Of a stretch of DNA of 64,000 bases, positions 16,976-26,899 are shown in pieces. The notes below the pieces were generated by a model. It ran no database searches. It saw nothing but the letters and a program-made list of their open reading frames with translations, and had not been told where the DNA came from. Origin of the DNA: Candidatus Sericytochromatia bacterium (GTDB taxonomy: Bacteria > Cyanobacteriota > Sericytochromatia > S15B-MN24 > UBA4093); assembly GCA_036676495.1 (NCBI GenBank), contig JAKFCT010000047.1, positions 1 through 64,000 of the forward strand. The letters are read 5' to 3'. A program made the position numbers and the translations under genes. Each line of letters opens with the position of its first letter. Positions within the stretch are counted from its first letter, which is position 1.

Positions 16976-18379
16976 TCAGGCCTCCATGGCGGGCTCGGGA
17001 TCCCGCGCGGTCGCCAGCGAGAGCGCCACCAGGACGACGGCGGAAACCGGCAAGCCCACGAAGATGGGTTCGACTCCTCCGAGCAGCGGGGGGTAGACGG
17101 TTCCGGCCACCGTGACGCCTCCCCCGAGCAACATGCTCCAGAAGGCCCCCGCGGCGGTGGCGCGCTTCCAGTAGAGGGCCGCGAGCGTCGGGAAGAAGAG
17201 CCCCGCCACCATGAAGGAGTAGGCCATGACGATGCTGTCGAGCACGCGGGGGATGAGCAGGGCGAAGCCCACCGAACCGAAGCCCACGACGAAGGTGAGA
17301 ATTCGGGTCAGCTTGAGCAAGGAGTCGTGGCTCGCCTCCGGCCGGATCCGGCGGTAGAGGTCGTGGACCAGGTTTCCCACCGAAGCGAGCAAGCAACTGT
17401 CCGCGGTGGACATGATGGCCGAGAAGTAGGCGGCCACCACCACGCCCATGGCCCCGATCGGCAAGATCTCCCGAATGAGCGTCGGCAGGCCCATCTCGGC
17501 CTCGACCGCCGGGAAGAGCACCCGGGCCATCATGCCGAGGACCGTGCCGAGCACCGCCATCACGGGCCACTCGAGCAAGCCCGCGATGAGCCAGGCCCGC
17601 TGGGCGGTCTTGACGTCCCGAACCGCGTAGATCCGCTGGTAAAGGGTCATGCCCACGAACCAGACCGGCACGATGGTCACGATCCAGGTCGCGAACGTGG
17701 CGGGCGAGAGGTTCGTGAAGCTGAAGTACTCCGGCGGCAAGGAGGCTTGCATGCCAGCCCAGCCACCGACGGCCTGATAAGAGAGCGGCAGGGCAATAAG
17801 CGCCAGCCCGCCGAGCAAGTTCGACCACTGGACCACGTCGGTCAGGATGACCGCCTTGATGCCGCCCAATGCGGTGTAGAGCACGATGATCACGCACATG
17901 GCGATCACCGCCACGGGGAGGGGGACTCCGAAGGCCGCCGCCGAGAGCTTCCCCCCGGCGAGCATCTGGGATCCCACGAAGCCCGCGTAGCCGAGGGCCG
18001 AAACGAGCGCCGCCAGGATCCGGCAGCGCTCGTCGAAACGGTGGGCGAGCAGATCCGGGAAGGTCAGCATCTGAAGGCGATCGCTCAGAGGCTTCACCTT
18101 CGGAATCAGGAAGACGGCCGCGAGCCATGCCCCCAAGAGCCCCGTGAAGAGAAGCCACGAGCCGGAGAGACCCATGGCGAAGCCCAGGCCGCCCAGGCCG
18201 ATCGAAAAGCCGCCTCCGACGTCGGTCGCCACCACCGAGAGGCCGACCTTCCCGGCCCCCATGTCCCGCTTGCCCACGAAGTGGTCGTCCACGGTCGTAT
18301 TCGAGGCCCTCAGGGAGAACCCGTAGCCCAGCATGCCGATGAAGAATCCCGCGATCAGCAGGAGATCGATGAGATGCAA
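16976..18379 (-). CDS. Sodium:solute symporter (SSS family)
   Basis: AAGGAGGAGG RBS before TTG; many TM helices; YTALGGIKAVILTDVVQ, SAIMSTADS. Confidence 0.92.
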   Translation of the reverse strand: MHLIDLLLIAGFFIGMLGYGFSLRASNTTVDDHFVGKRDMGAGKVGLSVVATDVGGGFSIGLGGLGFAMGLSGSWLLFTGLLGAWLAAVFLIPKVKPLSDRLQMLTFPDLLAHRFDERCRILAALVSALGYAGFVGSQMLAGGKLSAAAFGVPLPVAVIAMCVIIVLYTALGGIKAVILTDVVQWSNLLGGLALIALPLSYQAVGGWAGMQASLPPEYFSFTNLSPATFATWIVTIVPVWFVGMTLYQRIYAVRDVKTAQRAWLIAGLLEWPVMAVLGTVLGMMARVLFPAVEAEMGLPTLIREILPIGAMGVVVAAYFSAIMSTADSCLLASVGNLVHDLYRRIRPEASHDSLLKLTRILTFVVGFGSVGFALLIPRVLDSIVMAYSFMVAGLFFPTLAALYWKRATAAGAFWSMLLGGGVTVAGTVYPPLLGGVEPIFVGLPVSAVVLVALSLATARDPEPAMEA

Positions 18380-18609
18380 ACCTCCTCCTTTTCTGATGGA
18401 AAAACCTGAAATCGATAACATTCCCTTATTAAAGGCTACCCATTCGGCAGGCAGATTGCCAGGAGTTCGCCATTAGCATTCGCGTTCCAGCGCATTGACG
18501 TCCCTTATCCCGGCAGCCTGAAAGGCCCCGGCGCGGGGCGCCGTGCGGAGAAAGGCGTACGGTGCGGGTATAGAGGGGCGGTAAGGATCGCGCAGGAGAG
18601 AACACCCTC

Positions 18610-18810
18610 ATGGCACTCAAACGGGAACAGAAAACCGTCCTCAAGCTGGCCGCCGTCACCGTCGTCTTCACCGTCTTGCTGCTCCAGGCCATGCTGCCCT
18701 TCCTGGGGGTTCGCAAGGACCCGACCATGGCCTTCGTCACCATCTTCGCGGTGGAAGCCCTGCTCTTCGGGGCGGCTTTCTGGGTCACCGGCAGAGGGGC
18801 GATTCGCTAG
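18610..18810 (+). CDS. Small two-TM hypothetical membrane protein
   Basis: AGGAGAG upstream; two hydrophobic segments; stop shares CTAG with the convergent ATPase stop. Confidence 0.6.
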   Translation: MALKREQKTVLKLAAVTVVFTVLLLQAMLPFLGVRKDPTMAFVTIFAVEALLFGAAFWVTGRGAIR

Positions 18811-21515
18811 AACGAACGTCGTACGAGCTTCCAGGCCTCGCTGATCCACAAGAGGCTGCTGCCGACCGCCAAGGCCGTGAGGTACTCTTTCGACGAGAGG
18901 CTTTCCGTGCCCATGAAAAGCTGCAACGGGGGCCAGTAGACGACGAGCGTCTGCAGGACGACGCCCAGCAGGAGGCCGCCTAGCATCCATCGGTTGAGAG
19001 GCAGGCGGAAGGTGGATTGGCGGCGGGAGCGGAACGCGAAGGCGCTGAACCACTGGAAGGCGACCATGGCGGTGAAGGCCTCCGTGCGGGCATGCCCCAG
19101 GCCCTTGCCGGGACTGAACTCGATGAGGAAGATGGCCAGGGTTCCCGCGGCCATCCAGAGGCCGTAGGCGATCATGATCCCGAAGTTGGAGCGCGGGACC
19201 AAGGGAGTGGCGGGGGGCAGCGGGGGCTGGCGCATCTGCTCGGGATCCGGAGGCTCGAAGGCGAAGGTCTTGTCGAGGACGCCGGTGGCGATCAGGTTGA
19301 TCCAGAGGATCTGGACCGGCGTGAAGGGCAGGGGCAGGCCCAGGATCAGGGCTCCCAGGATGACGGCGATGTTGCCGACGGCGGTGGTCATCAGGTAGGC
19401 GATCGCCTTGCGGAGGTTGCTGGAGATGGCCCGTCCCTGCTCGACGGCCGAGACGATGGTGGCGAAGTTGTCGTCGCCGAGGATCATGCCCGAGGCGCCC
19501 TTGGCGACCTCGGTGCCGGTGATGCCCATGGCGATCCCGATGTCCGCCTGAGCGAGGGCCGGGGCGTCGTTGACCCCGTCGCCGGTCATGGCCACGAGCT
19601 CTCCCTGGCGCTGCAGGGCCGAGACGATCCGGAGCTTGTGGCTGGGGGAGACGCGGGCGAAGACGTCCACGTGCGCGACCCGAGCTTGCAGGTCGGCGTC
19701 CGAGAGGCGGTCGAGCTCGACTCCCTGGATGGCGCGGTCGGGGCCCTGAAGGATGCCCAGGGCGGAGGCGATCGCCGTGCCGGTGGCCACGTGGTCCCCG
19801 GTGATCATCTTGACCGCGATGCCCGCGTCGCGGCAGGTCGCGACGGCCGCCGCCGCCTCCTGGCGCGGCGGGTCGATCAGCCCCACGAGCCCCAGGAGCA
19901 CGAGCTCTTTCGCAAGCTCCGGCGGGTAGAGGTCGGCATGGGGATCCAGGCCGCGCACCATGCCGAGTGCCAGCACCCTCAGCGCTCCCTGGGCCATGGC
20001 TTCGGCCGCCTCGCGGAAGCGCCCTTGCGCCACCTCGTCGAGCGGGTGCTCTTGGCCATCGGGGTCCATCCAGCGCTGCGCCGACGGCAAGAGGCGATCG
20101 AAGGCGCCCTTCACGAAGGCGACTCCCTCGCCGTCCGGGGCCTGGTTCAGGGTGGCCATCCACTGGCGATCGGAGTTGAAGGGGATCTCGCGGTTACGGG
20201 GCCAGTCGGACTCGTGGCCGACGGCCAGGGGGGCGATCTTCTCGGCGAGCACGACGAGGGCTCCTTCGGTCGGATCTCCCAGGATCCGCCATTCGGAGTC
20301 CATCTCCTCGAGCAGGGCGTCGTTGCAGAAGCGCGCGCATCTCCCCAGCCAGGCCAGGCCTTCGAGCGTCGGAGGATCGACGGGAGCTCCGGCGCGCCGG
20401 AGGGCTCCCTCCGGGCGGTAGCCCTCTCCGCCGACCTCGAGGCGCTCTCCCATGAAGACGTCCTGGACGGTCATCTCGTTGCGGGTGAGGGTGCCGGTCT
20501 TGTCGGAGCAGATGACGGTGACGGAGCCGAGGGATTCGGCGGCGGTGAGGCGGCGGATCAGGGCGCGCCGGCGGGCCATGCGGCTGACGCCGATGGCGAG
20601 CATGATGGAGACGACGATGGGCAGGCCCTCGGGGACGGCGGCGACGGCGAGCGTGACCGCCACGTAGAGCATCTGGGCCATGTCGCGGCCGGTGAGCACC
20701 CCGAGGATCCAGACGCCGATCACGGTGACCAGGACGAGCAGGCCGACCTGGCGGCCGAACTGGGCCATGCGGCGCTGGAGGGGGGAGGCTCCCTCGGCGG
20801 AGGCGACTTCGGAGGCGATCTGGCCCATCTCGGTGGCCATGCCGGTGGCCACCACCAGGCCGTTGCCGCGGCCGCCGGTGACGACGGTGTTCATGTAGGC
20901 CATGGAGAGGCGATCGCCCAGGGGCAGGTCCTTGGCGGGGAGGGGATCGGGATGCTTGGTGACCGGGACGGATTCGCCCGTGAGGCCCGATTCATCGATC
21001 GTCAGCTCGGAGGCGGCGAGCAGGCGGATATCGGCGGCGAGGCGATCGCCCGCCTCGAGGAACAAGAGATCGCCGGGCACCACCTCGGTGGCGGGGATCG
21101 CGTGGACGTTGCCTGCGCGCATGACCCGGGCCTGGGGGCTGGTGAGCTTTTTGAGCGCCTGGATGGCGTCGGCGGCCTTCGACTCCTGGATGAACCCGAT
21201 GATCGCGTTGAGGAAGAGCACGGCCACGATCACCCAGACGTCGAAGGGCTCCCCGACGAAAAAGGCGACCAAGGCCGAGACTCCCAGGATGGCGACCAGG
21301 GGGCTCTTGAACTGCGCCAGGAAGCGCTCCCAGGCCGACGGGCCCTCCTGGACCTGGAGCTGGTTGGGACCGAACTGCTCCCGCCGCCTTCCGGCTTCCT
21401 CGGGGGAAAGGCCCTCGGCGGGAGTCTCCAGCGCCCGCATGGCCTCCGCTTCGGAGAGGGCATGCCAGGGACGCTCGGGGACGGTCCCCGAGCGGAGGGA
21501 ATCGTTTTGCCCCAA
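18807..21515 (-). CDS. P-type II cation-transporting ATPase
   Basis: TGES, PEGL, DKTGTLT, KGA, MITGD, TGDGVNDAPAL. Confidence 0.95.
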   Translation of the reverse strand: MGQNDSLRSGTVPERPWHALSEAEAMRALETPAEGLSPEEAGRRREQFGPNQLQVQEGPSAWERFLAQFKSPLVAILGVSALVAFFVGEPFDVWVIVAVLFLNAIIGFIQESKAADAIQALKKLTSPQARVMRAGNVHAIPATEVVPGDLLFLEAGDRLAADIRLLAASELTIDESGLTGESVPVTKHPDPLPAKDLPLGDRLSMAYMNTVVTGGRGNGLVVATGMATEMGQIASEVASAEGASPLQRRMAQFGRQVGLLVLVTVIGVWILGVLTGRDMAQMLYVAVTLAVAAVPEGLPIVVSIMLAIGVSRMARRRALIRRLTAAESLGSVTVICSDKTGTLTRNEMTVQDVFMGERLEVGGEGYRPEGALRRAGAPVDPPTLEGLAWLGRCARFCNDALLEEMDSEWRILGDPTEGALVVLAEKIAPLAVGHESDWPRNREIPFNSDRQWMATLNQAPDGEGVAFVKGAFDRLLPSAQRWMDPDGQEHPLDEVAQGRFREAAEAMAQGALRVLALGMVRGLDPHADLYPPELAKELVLLGLVGLIDPPRQEAAAAVATCRDAGIAVKMITGDHVATGTAIASALGILQGPDRAIQGVELDRLSDADLQARVAHVDVFARVSPSHKLRIVSALQRQGELVAMTGDGVNDAPALAQADIGIAMGITGTEVAKGASGMILGDDNFATIVSAVEQGRAISSNLRKAIAYLMTTAVGNIAVILGALILGLPLPFTPVQILWINLIATGVLDKTFAFEPPDPEQMRQPPLPPATPLVPRSNFGIMIAYGLWMAAGTLAIFLIEFSPGKGLGHARTEAFTAMVAFQWFSAFAFRSRRQSTFRLPLNRWMLGGLLLGVVLQTLVVYWPPLQLFMGTESLSSKEYLTALAVGSSLLWISEAWKLVRRSF

Positions 21516-21525
21516 GCCCAGCTCC

Positions 21526-21906
21526 CTACTGCACGACGACCGTGCCGGTCATCCCCGCATGCAGCGTGCAGTGATACGGATAGGTGCCCGGCCGGTCGAA
21601 CCTCACGGTGTAGGTGGCGCCGGCCCCCTGGATCCCGGAATCCCATGCCTGGGGGGCTCCCGCGTCGGAGGTGGTCGTGTGCGGGGAGGGGCCCTCGAAC
21701 TTCCAGACCACGCTGCCTCCCACCGGGACGGTCACGGTCGCGGGAGTGAAGGTCATGTCGCGGGCGGTCACGATCTCCGTGACCGCCTGGCTCTGATCCT
21801 GGGGGATCGGAGCCCCCTGCTCCGGCGGGGCGGCACCGCCGCCCGGAGCGGGCGTGCAGCCGATCAAGCAAGCTACGGTCAAGGCCCAAAACCCAGTGGC
21901 GCGCAT
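21526..21906 (-). CDS. Cupredoxin (plastocyanin/amicyanin-like) lipoprotein
   Basis: Lipobox LIGC; type-1 Cu ligands PHTT..YHCTLHAGM; GGAGG RBS. Confidence 0.88.
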   Translation of the reverse strand: MRATGFWALTVACLIGCTPAPGGGAAPPEQGAPIPQDQSQAVTEIVTARDMTFTPATVTVPVGGSVVWKFEGPSPHTTTSDAGAPQAWDSGIQGAGATYTVRFDRPGTYPYHCTLHAGMTGTVVVQ

Positions 21907-22142
21907 GGTTCCTCCCCGGGGCATGCCCCGCACGACCTCGATGCCCTGCCTCGGCATGATACCGCTCCCGCCCCGCATGACCCTTGCTTGATCAGGAGGA
22001 AGTTCCGCCTTCCGTTCTCCGTTTTGGCGCTTGCACGGGGGACTTGCGCCCCAAGAGCGGCTCGGGCGCTTGAGAAAAGCGCGATCGGGGTACGAGTCGA
22101 ATAAGCCCCCGTTCTCCGTCTCGATCCCGCAAGGAGGCCTCC

Positions 22143-23111
22143 ATGCTCCGACGTGCATCCCTGCTCTCGCTGGCCGCGGCGGTCGTGGCGATCGCCATGC
22201 CGGCCCAGGCCCAGTCCCTCGCGGCGGCGGATCGCGTCGTCCAGGACCTCCTCGCGGAGAAGCTGCTCCTTCCCACGGACAAGGTCTGGCTCGCCTTGCC
22301 TTCCGCTGAGCCCTTCTCCCGCGACGTCGCGGTCGCCGATGCCCTCAGCCAGGCCATGACCGCCCGCGGCCTCGCCGTCATGGGGAACGTCGCGATGGCG
22401 CAGCGGCCCGCCGAGGACGGCTTCCAGCGCCAGCTCGCCGCGCTCAAGGAGATGGGGGTCACCAAGCTCGTCAGCCTGAGCCCGCTCGATGATCTCGGCA
22501 CCGTCACCCTCCGGATCGTCGAGATCCCGGGAGGCTGGCTGAAGAGCGTGCGGAGCGTGTCCATGGGATCGGGAGGCACGGTCGCCAGTCCTCCGATCTC
22601 CAGCTCTGGCGGCATGATCCCCGACGAGGGCGTCGTCTCCTGGAATCCCCAGCAGGGCGTGGGGCTTCAGTACTCGTCGCTCTCGGGTTCGGGAGCGACC
22701 TATCGCCGCTGGGGAGCGAACGGCTGGGGCTTCCAGATCGCGGGCATTCCGGCCCTCTCCTTCGTGAACAACCGGACCGCGGGCTTCGTGAACCTCGGCC
22801 TCCAGGGCATGAGCACGTTTCTCAAGACCGATCGCCTGCGCCTCTACACCCTGCTCGGCGTCGGAGCCCTTTACCGTCCCAACGAGTCCCGGTCCCGCTG
22901 GGACTCCGACACCCAGACCGTCAGCACCCAGGAGGGAGCGGCCTGGGACGTCGGGATCGCCCCGGGCCTCGGGGTGGACTACCGGATCTACGAGCGCTTC
23001 CTGTTGACCGGAGCGCTCGGCTACACCTTCTCGCGCCAATCCTTCGCGGCCGAGCCGCCCAGCTATGCGTACTCGCCGGGGATCACGTTGGGCACCCTGG
23101 TCGAGTGGTGA
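22143..23111 (+). CDS. Exported protein with probable C-terminal outer-membrane beta-barrel
   Basis: AAGGAGG RBS; signal peptide AQA; alternating beta-strand pattern; terminal Trp. Confidence 0.55.
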   Translation: MLRRASLLSLAAAVVAIAMPAQAQSLAAADRVVQDLLAEKLLLPTDKVWLALPSAEPFSRDVAVADALSQAMTARGLAVMGNVAMAQRPAEDGFQRQLAALKEMGVTKLVSLSPLDDLGTVTLRIVEIPGGWLKSVRSVSMGSGGTVASPPISSSGGMIPDEGVVSWNPQQGVGLQYSSLSGSGATYRRWGANGWGFQIAGIPALSFVNNRTAGFVNLGLQGMSTFLKTDRLRLYTLLGVGALYRPNESRSRWDSDTQTVSTQEGAAWDVGIAPGLGVDYRIYERFLLTGALGYTFSRQSFAAEPPSYAYSPGITLGTLVEW

Positions 23112-23209
23112 GCTAAGCGGCCTGGCTGCACTCGTAGGCTTCCTTGCCGCGGCAAAGGAAGCGCCTGCGGCGCAACGGCATGCGAGCCTTGGGCCGCGCG
23201 AAACCCTGC

Positions 23210-23656
23210 TCAGGATTGCTTCGGGATGATGCTGATGCCGCCCGTTCGCTCGAGCACGGCGTACTTGATCTGCTCGAGCCGCTCGAGGCCCTGGCTCTGG
23301 CGCGCGGCGGCCATGATCTCCTCGAGATCGACGCCTTCCTTGTCGAGCCGGTCCTGCAGGATCCGCCCGTCCTCGATGAGGACCAGCGGCGTGTCCTGGA
23401 GGACCTGCTGCAGCAGGGGCGCGCGGTCGCTGATGCGTCCCACCAGGGTGTCCAGCCCCAGCAGGGTCGCGATGACGATCATGGAGTTGGTCAGCGAGCT
23501 GTCCTGCCCCATCAGCCCCGGCTGGGTCGCCTCCGAGATGATGAGCAGCAGGGCCACGTCGAAGGTCGTCACCTCGGCGAGCGTCCGCTTCCCGAGCACG
23601 CGAAAGATCAGCAAGAGGAAGCCGTAGATGATCACCGCCCGGATGACGCTTTCCAT
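23210..23656 (-). CDS. DUF421/YetF-family membrane protein
   Basis: GKRTLAEVTTFD, PLVLIEDG, AVLERTGGISII. Confidence 0.88.
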   Translation of the reverse strand: MESVIRAVIIYGFLLLIFRVLGKRTLAEVTTFDVALLLIISEATQPGLMGQDSSLTNSMIVIATLLGLDTLVGRISDRAPLLQQVLQDTPLVLIEDGRILQDRLDKEGVDLEEIMAAARQSQGLERLEQIKYAVLERTGGISIIPKQS

Positions 23657-23668
23657 GCCCCCTCCCCG

Positions 23669-24172
23669 CTACGGATAGACGAACTGCCTGAAGGAGACCT
23701 CGCCTCCTCCCAGGATCCCCAGCCGGCCCTGCATGGCGCCGAAGACCTCCGGCATGGTGGTGATCCGGATCTGCGGGCGCTCGCCCGAGACCCGCAGGGT
23801 CAGTAGCAGCCGGCCATCGGCGGCCTCGACGCGCTCAGGCTCGGGCAGGACGCGGTGGATGGGCTGCTCGGAGACGTACGCCTCGTCGATCCAGAGCCGC
23901 ACGCGCCCCGACGGCTGGGGACCGATCCGCACGATCAGGGTCGCTTCCTGCGTGCGGCGCTCGAAGCGGCCGTAATCCACCTCCAGGACGGCCGGATCCC
24001 CCACCCGCGCCCGGGAGAAGGGCCCGCGGCCGAAGAGGCCCGCGAGGGCCGCCGCCAGAAACAGCGCGATCGCGACCCAGCCAATCTGCTGGATGCGCCA
24101 GGAAAAGGCCTGCACCTCCAGGCGCTGATCGATCTCGAGGTCCCCGACCCGCGTGAGGCGTGGGAGCGGCAT
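23669..24172 (-). CDS. Hypothetical membrane protein upstream of DUF421
   Basis: AGGAGG RBS; single TM WRIQQIGW..AGLFGRGP; ends FRQFVYP. Confidence 0.7.
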   Translation of the reverse strand: MPLPRLTRVGDLEIDQRLEVQAFSWRIQQIGWVAIALFLAAALAGLFGRGPFSRARVGDPAVLEVDYGRFERRTQEATLIVRIGPQPSGRVRLWIDEAYVSEQPIHRVLPEPERVEAADGRLLLTLRVSGERPQIRITTMPEVFGAMQGRLGILGGGEVSFRQFVYP

Positions 24173-24266
24173 GCGGCACCTCCTGCCCCCATGCTGGGTC
24201 ATGCCAGGCAAGCCAGCAAAGGGCAACTTGGCCAAGCCGCTTCTTCGGCCGGCGTGCCTGGCGATG

Positions 24267-24391
24267 AGCGCCCGCGGCTGTTGCGAGGCGCCCGTGGCAG
24301 GAGACCAGGAAAGCGAGCGCTAACCGAGAAGCGTTTGGATAACGGCTGAGCGTCAAAGCTCGCTGTCCTGCAGCAACAACGATCGCGCTAG
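24267..24391 (+). repeat. Rod-hairpin element copy D carrying both inserts
   Basis: AGCGCCCGCGGCTGTTGC..AGGAAAGCGAGC-[39 nt]-GCTCGCTGTCCTGCAGCAAC..CTAG (htpX stop). Confidence 0.75.
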
Positions 24392-25380
24392 GAGGTCGTG
24401 CGCCGGAAGGAGGTTCGCGTGCCGGAATCGCCGTAGCCCATGCGCTCGAGACGGGCGATGCGCTGCCGGATGGGGGGATGCGTGGCGAAGAGGTTGGCGA
24501 CCCGGCCCTCCTGCTCGTTGAGCTTGCTGAGGCGGGGGTCCACGATGAAGAGATGGGCCGTGCCCTGGGTGGCCAGGCGGGTGGGATGCTGGTGAGCCTC
24601 CAGCTTCTCCAGGGCCCGCGCCAGGGCGAGCGGGTTGCGGGTGAACTCGGCCCCGCTGCGATCCGCCTCGTACTCGCGGGTGCGCGAGACGGCCATGGCG
24701 ATCAGGCGCGCGGCCAGGGGTGCGAAGAGCGCGACGAGCAAGACGGCGATCAGGAGCAAAGGGTTGCCGCCCCCCTCGCGATCCGAGCGCCGGCGGTGCG
24801 CGTGTCCCGAGGAGCGGAGGGCCAGGTCCGAAAGCAGGGCGATCGCCCCCAGGAGCACGCTCACGATCATCATGGTCCGGATGTCCAGGTTGCGGATATG
24901 CCCCATCTCATGGGCCACGACCGCCTGCAGCTCCTCGCGGTCGAGGGCCTGAAGCAAGCCCTCGGTCACCGCGAGGCTGGCATGCGCGGGCGATCGCCCG
25001 GTGGCGAAGGCATTGGGATCGGCCTCCGGCATCACGTAGATCGCCGGGACCGGGACGCCCGAGGCGAGCGCCATCTCCTCGACCACGTTCCGCAGCTGGC
25101 GCTCTTCGAGCCGCGTCTCATCCAGCTCCCGGGCGCCGACCGAGGCGAGCACCATCTGGTCGCCGCGGAAGTAGCTGGTCGCGGCCGACGCCGAGCCGAG
25201 GCCCAGGGCGAGTGTCGTGAAGACCGGGACGGGCACGGGCACGCCGGAGAGCGAGACGCCGCTCGGTCCGGAGTAGACCATGTCGATGGCCAGCCCCAGC
25301 CCCAGGAAGAGGAGCAGGAAGGCCGCCATCAGGAGGATGGTGGCCCGGCGGTTGCGCGCCTGCTGGGCGAAGAGGTCCAT
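24388..25380 (-). CDS. htpX: HtpX-family M48 zinc metalloprotease
   Basis: PNAFATG, AHEMGH, SRTREYEAD, FATHPP; directly follows lemA. Confidence 0.92.
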   Translation of the reverse strand: MDLFAQQARNRRATILLMAAFLLLFLGLGLAIDMVYSGPSGVSLSGVPVPVPVFTTLALGLGSASAATSYFRGDQMVLASVGARELDETRLEERQLRNVVEEMALASGVPVPAIYVMPEADPNAFATGRSPAHASLAVTEGLLQALDREELQAVVAHEMGHIRNLDIRTMMIVSVLLGAIALLSDLALRSSGHAHRRRSDREGGGNPLLLIAVLLVALFAPLAARLIAMAVSRTREYEADRSGAEFTRNPLALARALEKLEAHQHPTRLATQGTAHLFIVDPRLSKLNEQEGRVANLFATHPPIRQRIARLERMGYGDSGTRTSFRRTTS

Positions 25381-25938
25381 CTAGGAGAGCCTCAGATCCA
25401 CGTTCGGGGTCTGGCGGGCGGCTTCCTCGATTTCGAAGAACTCCGCGCGGGAGAAGCCGAGGTTGCGGGCGAAAAGCGCGGTGGGGAAGACCTCCTGGGC
25501 GGTGTTGAAGCGGGCTGCCAGGTCGTTGTAGAGCTGGCGCGCGAAGGCGATCTTGTTCTCGGTCGACGTCAATTCTTCCTGGAGCTGCAGGACGTTCTGG
25601 TTGGTCTTCAGCTCGGGGTAGTTCTCGGCGAGGGCGAAGAGGCGGCCCAAAGACTGCGTCAGCGCGTTCTCCGCCTGGGCGGTCGCCTCGACGCCGTGGG
25701 CATTGACGGCGGCGTTGCGGGCCTGGATCACCCGTTCGAGGGTGTCGCGCTCGAACTCCATGGCTCCCTTGACCGTGTTCACCAAGTTGGGGATCAGGTC
25801 ATGCCGGCGCTTGAGCTGGACGTCGATCTGCTTCCAGGCGTTCTGCACCTGGTTCTTCAGGGCGATCAAGCCGTTGTAGGTGAGGATGAGCCAGAGGGCC
25901 AGGAGGGCGAGGAGCCCGAGCACGATCCAGATTGCCAT
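25381..25938 (-). CDS. lemA: LemA family protein
   Basis: IDVQLKRRHDLIPNLV, ENYPELK, TENKIAFARQLYN. Confidence 0.95.
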   Translation of the reverse strand: MAIWIVLGLLALLALWLILTYNGLIALKNQVQNAWKQIDVQLKRRHDLIPNLVNTVKGAMEFERDTLERVIQARNAAVNAHGVEATAQAENALTQSLGRLFALAENYPELKTNQNVLQLQEELTSTENKIAFARQLYNDLAARFNTAQEVFPTALFARNLGFSRAEFFEIEEAARQTPNVDLRLS

Positions 25939-26168
25939 CGTCAGTGTGCCTTTCCGTCGTCTTGCATGCGGCGTACCCGCCATGGGCGCTAGCGGTATCG
26001 TACCGCAACTTCGCCCGGATGCATCAAGCCGGCGTCCGGAGGCTCCGGCGGCCCAAAGCGGGCGGTCCAAAGCGGGCTGTAAACAGCGGCCTGAACACGA
26101 TCCTTCTTTCGCATGTCAGTACCCGGGGAGGGGCGCCCCCCGCTAGGGTGGGGGCAGGAGGAACGCCC

Positions 26169-26828
26169 ATGAGAGCTGAACGGACGTCGGCCCTGCTCAA
26201 GCCCCGGTTTCGCGGGGCCTCCCATCATGCGGCCTTCTACGTGGCGCTTGGGGCGGGCCCCATGCTGATTGCAAGTGCGAGCACCCGGCTGGCGGCACTC
26301 GCGGCCACGGTCTACGCCTGCTGCATGGCGGCGCTCTTCGGGATCAGCGCGCTCTACCACCGTCCGGATTGGCCTCCGGGCATCCGGCAAACGCTGAGGC
26401 GGCTCGATCACGCGGCCATCTACCTCATGATCGCGGGGACCTACACGCCGATCGGGCTCATCGGGGTCGGCGGGCCCTCCGGGCGGGCCATGCTCGGCTG
26501 GATGTGGCTGGGGGCGGCGGTGGGGATCCTCAAGTCGATCTTCTGGGTGGACGCCCCCAAGCTGCTCAACGCCACGCTCTACCTGATGCTCGGGTGGTTC
26601 GGCATCGCCCTCTTGCCGGAGGTGGCCGCGCGATCCGGGCCCCAGATCGTCTGGCTACTCCTCGCCGGAGGCCTGGCCTACACCGCGGGAGCCCTGGTCT
26701 ACGCCTTGCGGCGTCCCGATCCCGACCCGCGCACTTTCGGCTACCACGAGATCTTCCACGGGTTCGTGGTGCTGGCCAGCCTCTGCCACTTCATCGCGAT
26801 CTGGCAACTGCTGCCGCATAGCCGGTAG
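26169..26828 (+). CDS. Hemolysin III / PAQR family membrane protein
   Basis: SALYH, RRLDHAAIYLMIAGTYTP, GYHEIFH. Confidence 0.92.
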   Translation: MRAERTSALLKPRFRGASHHAAFYVALGAGPMLIASASTRLAALAATVYACCMAALFGISALYHRPDWPPGIRQTLRRLDHAAIYLMIAGTYTPIGLIGVGGPSGRAMLGWMWLGAAVGILKSIFWVDAPKLLNATLYLMLGWFGIALLPEVAARSGPQIVWLLLAGGLAYTAGALVYALRRPDPDPRTFGYHEIFHGFVVLASLCHFIAIWQLLPHSR

Positions 26829-26829
26829 C

Positions 26830-26854
26830 CGCGGGCACGGAGGCCCGCGCCACC
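26830..26854 (-). repeat. Single REP-like GTGG-hairpin
   Basis: Minus GTGG-CGCGGGC-CTCCGT-GCCCGCG, near match to the 13529 copy; between convergent genes. Confidence 0.6.
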
Positions 26855-26899
26855 CTCCTCATCCCTGCTCTCAGCGGCTCACCCGCTAGCCGGGGAGCG

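Noticed and set aside
18455-18490. Sigma54 promoter for the SSS gene
   Set aside because: The best-looking site has GG-N9-GC spacing, and the alternative matches the consensus poorly.
26047-26088. Three degenerate 14-bp direct repeats between lemA and the hemolysin III gene
   Set aside because: Short, degenerate and not seen elsewhere in the window; not distinguishable from slippage.
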